The translations under genes were made by a program, and so were the position numbers. A DNA stretch of 64,000 nucleotides from Candidatus Latescibacterota bacterium (GTDB lineage: Bacteria; Latescibacterota; UBA2968; UBA8231), in NCBI GenBank assembly GCA_965197905.1, contig CBDAOB010000005.1:2144001-2208000 (forward strand), in the 5' to 3' direction. This document shows, in pieces, positions 28,707 through 40,400 of this stretch. Below the pieces are notes generated by a model, which searched no databases, was not told where the DNA came from, and saw only the letters and a program-made list of their open reading frames with translations. Position 1 is the stretch's first letter. Each line of letters starts with the position of its first letter.

Positions 28707-29213
28707 TTATTTCTTCGCATCCTCGTCGTCACCAAAATTCACCCACTCTTCGGGATCTCGACCGAGGTTCGGCAACAGGTAGCGGGCGCTTTTCGCCAGC
28801 TCGGAGTGGGGGAAGTTGTCGATCACGCGTTGGTACGCCAACCGCGCTTCCTCGAAATCCTTCAGGTGTTCCTCGTGTATGTAAGCGACCATGAACTGGG
28901 CCTCGGCTGCGTACTCGCTCTCCGGGTAATCGGACAACAGGCGTTCGTAGTGCGCTATCGCGCTCCGGGCGTCGCCCGCTTGCTGCGCGAGAACCGCCAA
29001 CCACTTGCGCGCTTTGGGGCTGCTCTCATGACGAGGATACTGCTCGAGAAAGGCATCGAGATCTTCCACGGCTTGGGCGAGGCTTGAAGAATCCGCGGCC
29101 GCCGTTTGGGCTTCGGCAAACAGCTCCTCTGGCGATTTGGAACCGCAGCCCATTCCAATGAACATCGTTCCGAAAACAAAGATGACCCATATCCTGCCAT
29201 TCGCCGCGTTCAT
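28707..29213 (-). CDS. TPR-repeat lipoprotein (BamD/CpoB-like repeats)
   Basis: Hydrophobic leader ending GMGC, and three YP.S/FP.S TPR motifs. Confidence 0.75.
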   Translation of the reverse strand: MNAANGRIWVIFVFGTMFIGMGCGSKSPEELFAEAQTAAADSSSLAQAVEDLDAFLEQYPRHESSPKARKWLAVLAQQAGDARSAIAHYERLLSDYPESEYAAEAQFMVAYIHEEHLKDFEEARLAYQRVIDNFPHSELAKSARYLLPNLGRDPEEWVNFGDDEDAKK

Positions 29214-29226
29214 TCGCGAATTCCAG

Positions 29227-29547
29227 CTACTTCGTTTCTTTTTTGGGGGAGGGAGATTTTGTATCGCTCTTTTTGGAGCTTTCGTCCTTCTTGGAGTCAT
29301 TTTTCGGCTTGTCGGACGAAGAACTCTCGCCGTCGGCTTTAGCTGCTTTTTGATACCCCTCACTGCGGTAATCGGTTGTGTAGAATCCCGAGCCTTTGAA
29401 CAACAGACCGCCGCCGGCGCTGATGAGTCTTCGCACGCGGCCGCGACAGCCCTTTTGCGGACATGACTTACGCGGCTCGGCGGTGATGCTTTGAAACTCC
29501 TCAAATTGATGCCCGCACTTGGGGCATTCGTATTCGTAGGTTGGCAT
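29227..29547 (-). CDS. FmdB-family zinc-ribbon protein
   Basis: MPTYEYECPKCG..FE.FQS...C....C, FKGSGFYTTDY and a K/S-rich tail. Confidence 0.9.
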   Translation of the reverse strand: MPTYEYECPKCGHQFEEFQSITAEPRKSCPQKGCRGRVRRLISAGGGLLFKGSGFYTTDYRSEGYQKAAKADGESSSSDKPKNDSKKDESSKKSDTKSPSPKKETK

Positions 29548-29645
29548 CCGATAAAACCGTTTAGAGGCTGCAAAATGCAGCGAAATACAAATTTCAAAAT
29601 GTAGTTGGGGACGCTACATAACGCAAGTATTTGTCCGCATTTCCG

Positions 29646-31670
29646 CTATTCGCCATCGTCGACCTCGCCCGCCTCTTCCCTGGTCAGTTCCTCCTGCGGG
29701 AGATCGGCCTGGGGAAGATCCTCCTGGACGACAGAAAGATCGGGCAGATCCTCCGCGACAACCTCGCGGATCCTGCTGCGCTGGTCGATCTTCAGGAGAA
29801 CCAGCTCATTGTTGGACCGCCTGCCCGGCGGGAAGGTGAGCAATCCAGAAGCTCCCTCGAAGCGTTCGACGGAGCCGAGCCAATCGCGCAGCTCGGACCG
29901 GGTGCGCATCCCCTCCTCCCAACCCCCTATCACCAGGCGAGCCGCATCGAATCCGTTGGCCGCAAAGATGGGATCGCTGCCGAACTGAACGCGGAAGGCG
30001 TCCACGAATCGGCGGCTGGTTGGGTCGGAGGGCGGACGACGGGCAACCATGAGAGCACCCTTGAATTCATCTCGTTGCCCCCGCGGTAGGCGACGGAGGG
30101 CATCCGGATTATTCCACAGGTCGTTGCCCATGATTTGAGTTTCCAGGCGGTGGAAATAGAGTTGTGGGACAATGGTTTCAGCGTCGCGAAAATCCTCAAC
30201 AACGATTATTGTGGCATCTATCTCCTCGATGAACATCTCCGAGGAGTCCGGTTCCGGCAACGAATCAGCGGGTGCCGGCGGTCGTAGGCTGAATCCCACC
30301 GTTCGGATCTCTTCGAATATCCCTTGGAAGTCGGTGGTTCCGGGATAATACCAGTTGACCGACGCGACGTTGCCCCCGTTTGCCGTCGCCACCTCGCGAA
30401 ACTCCTGCTCGAATGCGAGACCGTAATCGCTGAGGGGAGCGATCACCGCCAGGGTCTCGAGTCCGAATACCAGGGTCGCGTATTCAGCTAGAACTTGCCC
30501 CTGCACCTCAGGAACTACGTTCAGCTGAAAGATGTTGCTGCCCAGCGTGTCGAGTCCGCCCTGCTGTGCAAGAGGGGCAATCATCGGCACTCCTGCCGCT
30601 TCGGCGACGACTGCGGTGGCTACACTGGGCCCACTGAAAACCGGACCGATAATGGCGAGCACATCCTCCTGATCGATGAGATGACGTGCAGCGAGCACGG
30701 TGCGGAGAAGCTTGTTGCTCTCGCTCTCGGTAATGGGCAGGTCCCCGTATTCAAGTCCAGTATCGGCTACGACCAGATCGAACGGTTTTCCCGCTTCGTC
30801 GTTCGCCAGCTGAATTCCGTCCAATAGGTCTTCTCCAAGAGTCCGCTCGTGCCCCATTTCGAGGCGTGCCGTAATGGGCAGCAATATTCCCAGGCTGGGC
30901 AAGCCGGGCCTTTTGTCCTCACTGATCAGATTGACGCCTTTGGACCATTGACCTAGGTCGAGGGGCCCGGGCGCACCCACCTTCTTCGCTGGGTTTTCCT
31001 CCGGTTGCTGCTCTTCGAAGTTTGCGAAGATCCCATGGGGCTTGTCCCGCCGGTATCGGTCAAGAGCCGCCTCGCTCTGCTCGTCCCAGCCGAGCCTTCG
31101 ATACCATCGCACCTCGCCGAAAAGCAAAGCGTCATCGATGCGCTCCGCACCCACATCCTGGCGGATGCGCTCGAAAGCCTCTTTGCTGATGAGATTGTTG
31201 CCGACGATGGCTGCGAGATGCTGGGCGGCTCTAGCCTGCAGACTCAAGGGAGCCGGCATGGCAAGTATGCGGCCGTACTGCGTTGCCGCTTCGTAGTACC
31301 GCTTCATCACGTAATATGAATGGCCGGCTACCAGGAGGGCATCGAACAGATACCGACTGCCGGAGAATTTGCGTTGCAGACGTTTGGAAATATTGAGGGC
31401 TGTCTCGTATTCGCCCATCCTGAACATTGTTCTCGCCAACATCAGCTGGGCGGCACTTGACCTGTGGCTCAGAGGGAATTCGAGAACCTTTTCGAAGTTG
31501 CCGCGCGCGCGGGAATACTTCCCCGACTTGTAGGACTCGAGGCCCTTGGTGAAGAGCTCTTCAGCTTTCGCCGAAAACGCGGCCTCGGGTGTTAGAGAGT
31601 GCGCCAGACTTGCCGCAAACAGCAAAAGGCTTGCTGCGCTGATGAGGGAGTGATGGGTCCTGCGAAACAT
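29646..31670 (-). CDS. TPR + periplasmic-binding-protein-fold protein (LpoA/LppC-like)
   Basis: Signal peptide and N-terminal TPRs, then LGILLP.T, AIIGPVFS, YG......F, GFDAA and FEGASG motifs of the type-1 PBP fold. Confidence 0.75.
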   Translation of the reverse strand: MFRRTHHSLISAASLLLFAASLAHSLTPEAAFSAKAEELFTKGLESYKSGKYSRARGNFEKVLEFPLSHRSSAAQLMLARTMFRMGEYETALNISKRLQRKFSGSRYLFDALLVAGHSYYVMKRYYEAATQYGRILAMPAPLSLQARAAQHLAAIVGNNLISKEAFERIRQDVGAERIDDALLFGEVRWYRRLGWDEQSEAALDRYRRDKPHGIFANFEEQQPEENPAKKVGAPGPLDLGQWSKGVNLISEDKRPGLPSLGILLPITARLEMGHERTLGEDLLDGIQLANDEAGKPFDLVVADTGLEYGDLPITESESNKLLRTVLAARHLIDQEDVLAIIGPVFSGPSVATAVVAEAAGVPMIAPLAQQGGLDTLGSNIFQLNVVPEVQGQVLAEYATLVFGLETLAVIAPLSDYGLAFEQEFREVATANGGNVASVNWYYPGTTDFQGIFEEIRTVGFSLRPPAPADSLPEPDSSEMFIEEIDATIIVVEDFRDAETIVPQLYFHRLETQIMGNDLWNNPDALRRLPRGQRDEFKGALMVARRPPSDPTSRRFVDAFRVQFGSDPIFAANGFDAARLVIGGWEEGMRTRSELRDWLGSVERFEGASGLLTFPPGRRSNNELVLLKIDQRSRIREVVAEDLPDLSVVQEDLPQADLPQEELTREEAGEVDDGE

Positions 31671-31725
31671 CAGAGGGTGCTGCCGAGCGAAGGATTTGTC
31701 GGGAACTTGCTCAAGAGCATGGCGA

Positions 31726-31754
31726 AATGTAGACGCGCTAGTCGGGAGTGTCAA
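31726..31754 (-). promoter_or_regulatory. Sigma70-type promoter for the LpoA-like/FmdB/TPR genes
   Basis: Minus strand TTGACA-17 nt-TACATT, ~55 nt upstream of ATG 31670. Confidence 0.6.
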
Positions 31755-31759
31755 GCTGG

Positions 31760-31788
31760 TTGTCACCTTCTGCCCAGCCCAGTATATT
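31760..31788 (+). promoter_or_regulatory. Sigma70-type promoter for the clpX-like gene (back-to-back with the divergent promoter)
   Basis: TTGTCA-17 nt-TATATT, followed by AGGAG and an in-frame TTG at 31822. Confidence 0.6.
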
Positions 31789-31821
31789 CTCTCAACTTTG
31801 CCGCAGATACAGGAGCCAGAA

Positions 31822-33344
<1,523 letters not shown>

Positions 33345-33348
<4 letters not shown>

Positions 33349-34730
33349 CTGCTTCCTTCAGCTTCTGCCCGGATTCCGAACTCCTTCTCTTTCCGGTAGA
33401 TCGTGCTCAACCCGATTTCGAGGATCTCGGCCGCCCGCCGGCGATCGTAGTTGACCGCCTTCAGCGTCTCCTCGATAGCCACCTTCTCCAGCTCTTCCAG
33501 GGTCATGCCCACGTGAAAGCCCCCACCCCCCACCGAACGTGAGGCACCGCTGATCTGCAATGGGATATCCGCAGCCTCCAGGGGCCCCGATCGCGGGCAC
33601 ATGACCACCATTCCCTCGATACAATTCTTCAATTCTCGAACGTTACCTGGCCAGTCGTACTGGAGCAGGACATCCAAGGCCTCGGATTTGATGCCGTCCA
33701 CCGCCTTGTCGTTTTCCACCGCGAACTGCTGGATGAACTCGTCAACCAAAATGGGCACGTCCTCGGGGCATTCGCGCAGTGGCGGCACTTCGATCGTCAC
33801 AACCCGGAGCCGGTAGAACAGATCGGCCCGGTAGGAACCCTGATCTACCATCTCCACCAGGTTTCGATTCGTCGCGGCAATCAAACGCACATCCACCTTG
33901 CGCGTATGCGTCCCCCCCACCCGCTCGAATTCCCCCTCCTGGATAACTCGAAGGAGCTTGACCTGGGTAGCCGGAGGTATATCCCCGACCTCGTCCAGAA
34001 AAAGGGTCCCGTTGTCGGCGAGCTCGAAGCGGCCGTTGCGGGCTTTCGTTGCTCCCGTAAAAGCCCCTTTCTCGTGACCGAACAGCTCGCTTTCCACAAT
34101 GCCCTCTGGAAGTGCACCGCAGTTCACTTGCACGAACGCCGACTCCCGCCGCCGGCTCTGCTGGTGGACCGCCTTGGCGATCTCCCCCTTCCCCGTTCCG
34201 GTTTCTCCCACCACCAGCACGGTAGCTTTGGAGCCCGCTACCCGCTCGATCTGATTGTAGATGCGCTGCCAAGCAGAGGATCTGCGATCGATGCCCGAGA
34301 GCCGGTAGCGCTCGTCCAGGCGCCGTTGCAGGTCTGAGACTTCGCCCACCAGCTTTTGGTAGGAGAGTCCCCGTTCGAGAACGGCATTTATCTTGTCGTG
34401 GTTGAGGGGATAGAGCTGAAAGTCGTACGCCCCCTGACGCAGGGCTTCTACTCCCAGGTGGTGATCTTCCGGGTCGGCGATGACGATGGCGCAGATCTCC
34501 GAATTTCGTTTCGTGGCCACAGCGAGGACGCGAAGACCATCGATGTGAGACTCACGCAAGCCGCAAATCAGAGCATCGAGCGGTTCCGAATCAATTATGT
34601 CGTATGCGCTCTGTCCTTCCCGCACCCACATTACCTCGTAATCTCGGTCCAGGAACGCAACCAGGTCCTTGGTGCGCGAGGATTCGTTGAGTGCGATCAG
34701 AACTCGAGGCCGTTGGTGGGATTCGGACAC
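33345..34730 (-). CDS. Sigma54-dependent transcriptional activator (NtrC/AtoC-like) with degenerate receiver domain
   Basis: GETGTGK, ESELFGHEKGAFTGA, LFLDEV, RADLFYRL, WPGNVREL and a Fis-type HTH. Confidence 0.92.
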
Positions 34731-34735
34731 TTGGC

Positions 34736-37090
34736 TCAGGCCGCCCGCCGGAGGTTGGCATCAACAATGCTAGCTGCGAAGACCTCTCCCAGATCTTCGA
34801 CGAGGATGAAATTCGTTTGCCGTTGAATCTCCTCTGGCACTTCTTCCAGATCTTTCTCGTTCCGCTTGGGGAGGACGATCGTAGCTATGCCGGCGTAGTG
34901 GGCCGCCAACACCTTCTCCTTGATACCGCCGACGGGCAACACACGTCCGGTAAGGGTTATCTCTCCGGTCATAGCCAGATCGTCTCGCACCGATTCCCCC
35001 ACCAACAGGGAGAGAATGGCGGTAGCGACGGCGACACCAGCCGATGGACCATCCTTGGGTATCGCGCCAGACGGCAGGTGAACGTGGATGTCGTGATGGT
35101 CGAAAAAGTTGTGCGCCAAATTCCATTCCGCAGCCCGGGTGCGTACGTAGGACAGGGCGATCTGAGCCGATTCCTTCATGACATCCCCCAGTTTTCCAGT
35201 CAGCAGTAAACCCTTGCGGCCCTTCATCTTAGTGGCTTCTACTAGCATGACCTCACCACCTGCGGGCGTCCAGGCGAGCCCCGCCACAATGCCCGGGCCA
35301 CCCAAATCTGCGGAGATATCGAGCTGCTCCCGCTTGCTCCCCAGATAGTCCGCCAGGGACTCCGGAGTGACGACAAACGGTCCTTTGTCCCCTTCGACCA
35401 CCCGACGGGCAATCTTGCGGCATACCTTGCCGACAGCGCGCTCGAGGTTGCGTAGACCGGCTTCCCGTGTGTAGCCGCGAATGAGCTGCCTTAGGGATTC
35501 GTCGTCGAGCTCTATTCGACGGCGGGCCAACCCGTGGTCCTTCAGCTGCCGCGGCAGCAAATGGTTCCGGGCGATCTGAACCTTCTCATCCTCGGTGTAT
35601 CCCGAAAGCTGAATAATCTCCAGGCGATCGAGCAACGCCGGAGGGATGGTCTCCAACTGGTTGGCCGTGGCCACAAAAATGACCTTCGAAAGATCGAACG
35701 GCAGATCGAGATAGTGGTCGACGAAGGCGGAGTTTTGCTCCGGATCAAGGACCTCCAGCAGCGCCGCGGCGGGATCTCCCCGGAAGTCGGCCCCCACCTT
35801 GTCCAACTCGTCGAGAACCACCACTGGATTGTTCGTGCCCGCCTTGCGGAGTCCTTGGATGATTCGCCCCGGCATTGAGCCGATGTAGGTTCGTCGGTGC
35901 CCTCGAATCTCGGCTTCGTCGTGTATGCCACCGAGGGAAATGCGTACGAACTTCCGTCCTAACGCTCGCGCGATGGAGCGCCCCAACGATGTCTTCCCGA
36001 CGCCTGGCGGCCCGACGAAGCAGAATATCGGGCCTTTGCTTCCTCGCTTAAGTTTGCGCACGGCCAGGTACTCCAGCAGGCGCTCTTTTATTTTTTCCAG
36101 ACCGTCGTGGTCTTCGTCCAATACCTTGCGGGCCCGTGGGATCTCGATGCGTTCCCGCGAACTCTTCTTCCATGGAAGCGCCAATATCCAATCGAGATAG
36201 GTTCGGACTACGGTGTATTCTGCCGCGTTGGGAGCCATATGGCGAAGCCGATCCAACTCGCGTTCCGCTTCTCTCGAGACCACCGCGGGCAACCGAGCTT
36301 CGGTAACCTGCTGCCGCAAGTCCTCCAATTCAGTACCGTCTTCCTCGCCCAGCTCCTTCCTGATTATTCGCATCTGCTCGCGCAAAAAGTGCTCGCGCTG
36401 AAGGTTGCCCACCTCTTCTTGAACTTGGTTTTGAATCTCGTTGCCCATCTCCAATATCGACAGTTCCTGGTTCAAGAGTACCGTTAGCTGCTTGAGTCGT
36501 TTCTCCAAAACGGGCTCAGCCAGGAGGGCTTGTTTCTCCGCCAGCGTTGCGTCCACCTGGGAAGCGACGAGATCGCCCAACTGTCCAGGCTGCTTCTCGA
36601 TATTCACAATCGCGATATTTAGATCATTGTCCAGAGCGGACGAAAGGGACACGACCTTCTGGAACTGCTGCGAGAGATTTTGCGCCAGGGCGAGTTCCGC
36701 CTGGCTGCTGTTGGCATGCTCGGCAGCCGGTATCTGCCGTGCTCGTATGTAGGGTGTTTCGCTGACTATCTTGTCGAGGCGTATTCTCTTTGTGCCGCGG
36801 ACCAACACCTGCAGGTGGTCGTCGGGAAGTTTGTAGACCCGGTGAATCACCGCCAACACGCCTACCTGGTGGAGGTCACTTGTCCCCGGATGCTCGTTGT
36901 TGGCGTCGAGCTGCGTGAATACCCCGACGATTCGGTTCCCGGCTACGGCGTCCTCGATAAGGCGACGAGATTCCTCCCGACCCACCAACAGCTGCGTCGG
37001 GACGTTGGGGAATAGAACTACGTTCCTAACAGGCAAAACGGGGATTGTCTCGGGCCGATCTTCTGCAGGGTCCGGCTTAGATGGGCTCAT
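34736..37090 (-). CDS. lon: ATP-dependent protease La (Lon)
   Basis: LAN domain ([12 protein letters not shown]), [27 protein letters not shown] catalytic Ser and GGIKEK Lys. GAGGAG RBS before ATG 37090. Confidence 0.95.
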   Translation of the reverse strand: MSPSKPDPAEDRPETIPVLPVRNVVLFPNVPTQLLVGREESRRLIEDAVAGNRIVGVFTQLDANNEHPGTSDLHQVGVLAVIHRVYKLPDDHLQVLVRGTKRIRLDKIVSETPYIRARQIPAAEHANSSQAELALAQNLSQQFQKVVSLSSALDNDLNIAIVNIEKQPGQLGDLVASQVDATLAEKQALLAEPVLEKRLKQLTVLLNQELSILEMGNEIQNQVQEEVGNLQREHFLREQMRIIRKELGEEDGTELEDLRQQVTEARLPAVVSREAERELDRLRHMAPNAAEYTVVRTYLDWILALPWKKSSRERIEIPRARKVLDEDHDGLEKIKERLLEYLAVRKLKRGSKGPIFCFVGPPGVGKTSLGRSIARALGRKFVRISLGGIHDEAEIRGHRRTYIGSMPGRIIQGLRKAGTNNPVVVLDELDKVGADFRGDPAAALLEVLDPEQNSAFVDHYLDLPFDLSKVIFVATANQLETIPPALLDRLEIIQLSGYTEDEKVQIARNHLLPRQLKDHGLARRRIELDDESLRQLIRGYTREAGLRNLERAVGKVCRKIARRVVEGDKGPFVVTPESLADYLGSKREQLDISADLGGPGIVAGLAWTPAGGEVMLVEATKMKGRKGLLLTGKLGDVMKESAQIALSYVRTRAAEWNLAHNFFDHHDIHVHLPSGAIPKDGPSAGVAVATAILSLLVGESVRDDLAMTGEITLTGRVLPVGGIKEKVLAAHYAGIATIVLPKRNEKDLEEVPEEIQRQTNFILVEDLGEVFAASIVDANLRRAA

Positions 37091-37258
37091 TTTGGCTCCT
37101 CGGTATCTATCAAGGTTGACCATTGGGCGCAATATTCGTGCCGGGAACCGGCGCCCTCGTTTTTCGCCGCATCGAGTTGAAAATATGCCATTCTGGCAGC
37201 TACTGCCTGCCAATTTCTCTATCTTGCCGTAGCTCAACAAGTTGCCTGCCGCTAACCC

Positions 37259-37288
37259 TTGACAGACAGAGTTGGTGTTCTTTATTAT
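37259..37288 (+). promoter_or_regulatory. Sigma70-type promoter upstream of the PilZ-like gene
   Basis: TTGACA-18 nt-TATTAT, ~100 nt before ATG 37391. Confidence 0.55.
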
Positions 37289-37390
37289 TAGCTTATCTGG
37301 AAATCTGCGGCAATTGGGGCGTGGGACGGCGCGTTACCGACCTCAATATTCCCAATCCCTGGCCGATAAGATACTTGGAAACGCTTTCTA

Positions 37391-38890
37391 ATGTTTGACT
37401 TTTTCCGCAAAAAGAAACAATCCGCTGCTTTCAGCCCACGGCAGGAGATCGAGCGCCTCACCGAGCTCAGTCCTCCGTCCACCTTGATTGCCCTCGTCAC
37501 GAAAGGTGTAGAGGAGCCTGAGGACATGGGCAAAGCGTTTTTCCTTCGAAAAGATAAGAAGCTGTACACCGAAGGCAGCCACCTCTACCTGACAACCCCC
37601 GATGGGGTCAAGATCTCCAAGGATCAGAATCTCAACGCGAAGAATGTTTTGCTGCAGTTTTTCCACCGACGCGTCCCGCACAAGATGGACTGCCGTATCG
37701 TAGGGAGATTTCGTCTCCTCCCGGAGGTGGTGGAGACCCTCGATTTTTCGGCCAAAGCGGCGTATAAGCTCATTCCCACGAGCACCCTGAAGAAGGAGGA
37801 CAAACGCCAGTTTCTGCGCTACACCCTGAAGAATTATGGCGATTCACGGATTCCGCTCACCACACACATCATGTTCGACCTTGCGGTGAAAATGACCAAC
37901 AAGGAGTTCGAACTCGAGGGGGCGCCGGTGACCCTGCTAAACGATCTCACACTCAGGAACTACCGCGAAGACGGCAACGGTCAGCCGTTCACCACCCGAG
38001 ACGCGATAAACGAGTTTCGCGACGTCATGCTGCGTAAACAGCCCCATGAGCGCGCGGTCTTTTTGACCAAGATCGTGAAGGACGACGCCGGCGGACTGGT
38101 GCGGAAGCCGGACGTGGAGCTGTTACTGGGTGAGACCAACGTTCTCGGCCTCGAGATGGAATCGCTACGCGACGTACTGTACCTGAAGAAGTCGCAGAAA
38201 GCGGGCATCAAGAAAGGGGAGGAGAACCCGTACAACCTCCATCCTGGCGAAAAGATCCTCGGCAACTTCTATCACGACAACAATCCGTACGAAATGTTGA
38301 TCGAGGTGATGGAGGCCCGCACCCAAAACGAGGTGATCCGGCCGATCGACTTTATGAAAGAGGAACCTGGAATCCGGCTGGATTTAATAGACTACAGCAT
38401 CGGCGGGGGGTTGATCGAAAGCAGTCCCGAATTTCTCAGGTTCGTCCTTGGCGACAAGGTGCCGGCCAACGTGGACGAGGATCCGGACTTTGAGGGCACA
38501 TATTGGCAGGAGGCTTTCGAGGAACTCAAGAAACCAATGATCCACCTGACTCTCTACCCAAAGGTCCACTTTCCCGCTGCGGTCAAGCAGTTCCTGCCCG
38601 AAATGCCATTCAAAATTACGATCGTCGGCCAGATCGTTCGCACCCACTTAGCCCAGCTGTCGGATCGGACCGTCCTCCAACACGGAGTGCAATTCGCCTA
38701 CGAAGCCCAGGGTATTCCGCTAAAGGACGACGAGCTTGTCGACTGGCGCTACTGCCGCTATATCAGGGACAACAAATACCTCAAGGACGCCCACAGCCAT
38801 TTGACCCAACTCTACGGCTATTTGGAGAACCAAAGTATGACCTCCGCCAACTCGGGCGCGCGCCGTCAATCTCCGGCGGCAGCGGGATAA
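37391..38890 (+). CDS. Hypothetical protein; probable divergent PilZ/YcgR-like c-di-GMP receptor with a large insertion
   Basis: 499 aa, no signal peptide. RxxxR (KRQFLR, R139/R143), DxSxxG (DYSIGG, D334) and GQIVR...HGVQF, typical of the PilZ barrel end. Confidence 0.6.
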   Translation: MFDFFRKKKQSAAFSPRQEIERLTELSPPSTLIALVTKGVEEPEDMGKAFFLRKDKKLYTEGSHLYLTTPDGVKISKDQNLNAKNVLLQFFHRRVPHKMDCRIVGRFRLLPEVVETLDFSAKAAYKLIPTSTLKKEDKRQFLRYTLKNYGDSRIPLTTHIMFDLAVKMTNKEFELEGAPVTLLNDLTLRNYREDGNGQPFTTRDAINEFRDVMLRKQPHERAVFLTKIVKDDAGGLVRKPDVELLLGETNVLGLEMESLRDVLYLKKSQKAGIKKGEENPYNLHPGEKILGNFYHDNNPYEMLIEVMEARTQNEVIRPIDFMKEEPGIRLDLIDYSIGGGLIESSPEFLRFVLGDKVPANVDEDPDFEGTYWQEAFEELKKPMIHLTLYPKVHFPAAVKQFLPEMPFKITIVGQIVRTHLAQLSDRTVLQHGVQFAYEAQGIPLKDDELVDWRYCRYIRDNKYLKDAHSHLTQLYGYLENQSMTSANSGARRQSPAAAG

Positions 38891-38911
38891 CCTGAGTCCG
38901 GCAATCCTAAC

Positions 38912-40309
38912 CTAGCCGCCCTCGTCTTTCCGCTTTTTCGCCGACACCCGACCCTGAAACGCAGATTTGAGCCCCTCGTCGACGAACTTGTGTTGCTGCT
39001 CCGACATGCGTTTTTGAACAGAAGCCTGTAGTTTCTCACTCTTCAGCTTTTCATCTTCTGGTTTTTCATCTTCACGGAAACGTTGGCTTATGGCAATGAG
39101 CATCTTGCTGTAGGTATTGTGATTCTCCGGCCCCTGGTGAAGAGCATACGGGGGCATAAACTTCAAGCCCCGCTCCATGCTTTTTCGGCTTCGCTCCTCG
39201 ATCAGATCGCGTGGGAATAACCGAAACGTAATGCGGTACTGCTCCTTCGCCTCGCTCACGCGCTCCAGAAAAAGCGGTAGGAACACCTCGTTTTCCGGAC
39301 CCGCCTTCTTCGCGAAGGTGCGCATCAGCGACTCTTTGATTTCGTCTGTAATCTTGAAGTGCAGCAGGAAACCGACGGCTACGTTGATGTCGCGCAGGTG
39401 ATCGTTCGGCTTTTTGACGACGACAGATCGAATTTTGTCGTGCTCGATGTCAGCGAGCAGAGTCTCCTTTATCAGGACATCGATGTTGCCGAGATTCCCG
39501 AATTCATCCAAGGTAACGTTCTCGATTACCTTTATCCCCTCCCTCTCGATGTACTTGTCCAGCGGATCTTTGACGCTGTCGAAGTAGTTCCCCTGTGTGC
39601 TCTTTTGATTCCAGCCCCCACCGCCGGGCATCACGTAGAGCTTAGCCGCGCTCAGATACCGGTCGAGCACATCCCGCCGGGTGCTCCCGGGTCCGTTGGG
39701 AAAACACGTCACCGAGTCGACCCGAACCTCGATGATATCCTCGCCGCCGACGACGAGGTCCTTCGAAAGTTTTTCGTTTGCTTCTTCCCGGGTACCGGTC
39801 CAAGGTTTGTCCGAATTGTTTGGATCTTTGGCGATGTAGAAGCTCTTTCTGAGGAAAAAGCCTTTGCCCATGAAATAGATCGGTTTTTCAGCACCCTCGA
39901 CGTCGGCGGTGTAGCTCACCTGCATCTGTTCGCCCGGCTTCATGAGGCGATCTGTGGGTTCGAAGCTGCCGCCACTCGACGAGCGGGGAAAGGTTATGAA
40001 AAAGACTGCTTTCGGTACTTCTTTAAACTTGCGGAAGGTGGAATTGCGGATAATCCCCTTCCCCCGGCCGTGCTCCACCGATTCGGTCAACAGCCTGGGC
40101 CGAACCACGTCGGTACCCACTTCGGCTTCCGCGAATGACTCAAAGAGGGGCGCCATCGCGCCCGGTTTGCTGAAAACCTCGACGGTCGAAAATTTCGGTC
40201 TCTCTTTTTGTTCGGGTTCTGGTTTAGCTTCGGCCGTAGCCTTGGGTACCTTCTTTACCTTCTTTTTGACTTTGCCTTCAGCTTTTCCTGGACTTTTGGT
40301 CTTGCCCAT
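38912..40309 (-). CDS. Hypothetical cytoplasmic protein with K-rich N-terminus; possible degenerate paralogue of the convergent PilZ-like gene
   Basis: 465-aa ORF with a natural composition and upstream GAGG. Shares MGK[AG]FFLRK with the neighbour. Confidence 0.7.
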   Translation of the reverse strand: MGKTKSPGKAEGKVKKKVKKVPKATAEAKPEPEQKERPKFSTVEVFSKPGAMAPLFESFAEAEVGTDVVRPRLLTESVEHGRGKGIIRNSTFRKFKEVPKAVFFITFPRSSSGGSFEPTDRLMKPGEQMQVSYTADVEGAEKPIYFMGKGFFLRKSFYIAKDPNNSDKPWTGTREEANEKLSKDLVVGGEDIIEVRVDSVTCFPNGPGSTRRDVLDRYLSAAKLYVMPGGGGWNQKSTQGNYFDSVKDPLDKYIEREGIKVIENVTLDEFGNLGNIDVLIKETLLADIEHDKIRSVVVKKPNDHLRDINVAVGFLLHFKITDEIKESLMRTFAKKAGPENEVFLPLFLERVSEAKEQYRITFRLFPRDLIEERSRKSMERGLKFMPPYALHQGPENHNTYSKMLIAISQRFREDEKPEDEKLKSEKLQASVQKRMSEQQHKFVDEGLKSAFQGRVSAKKRKDEGG

Positions 40310-40400
40310 TGTAGGCCTCTAAACCTAGGGAGATAGTGAATTCGGTTGGTTTGCTACGTGGGGCGGAGTTGATTTATGATACAACAATCGGGAAAACTGG

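Noticed and set aside
31696..31821. Longer N-terminal extensions given by the ORF track (clpX-like, LpoA-like, lon, rlmD, rplQ, TPR lipoprotein)
   Set aside because: They overlap promoters or neighbouring genes; downstream starts fit RBS positions or domain boundaries better.
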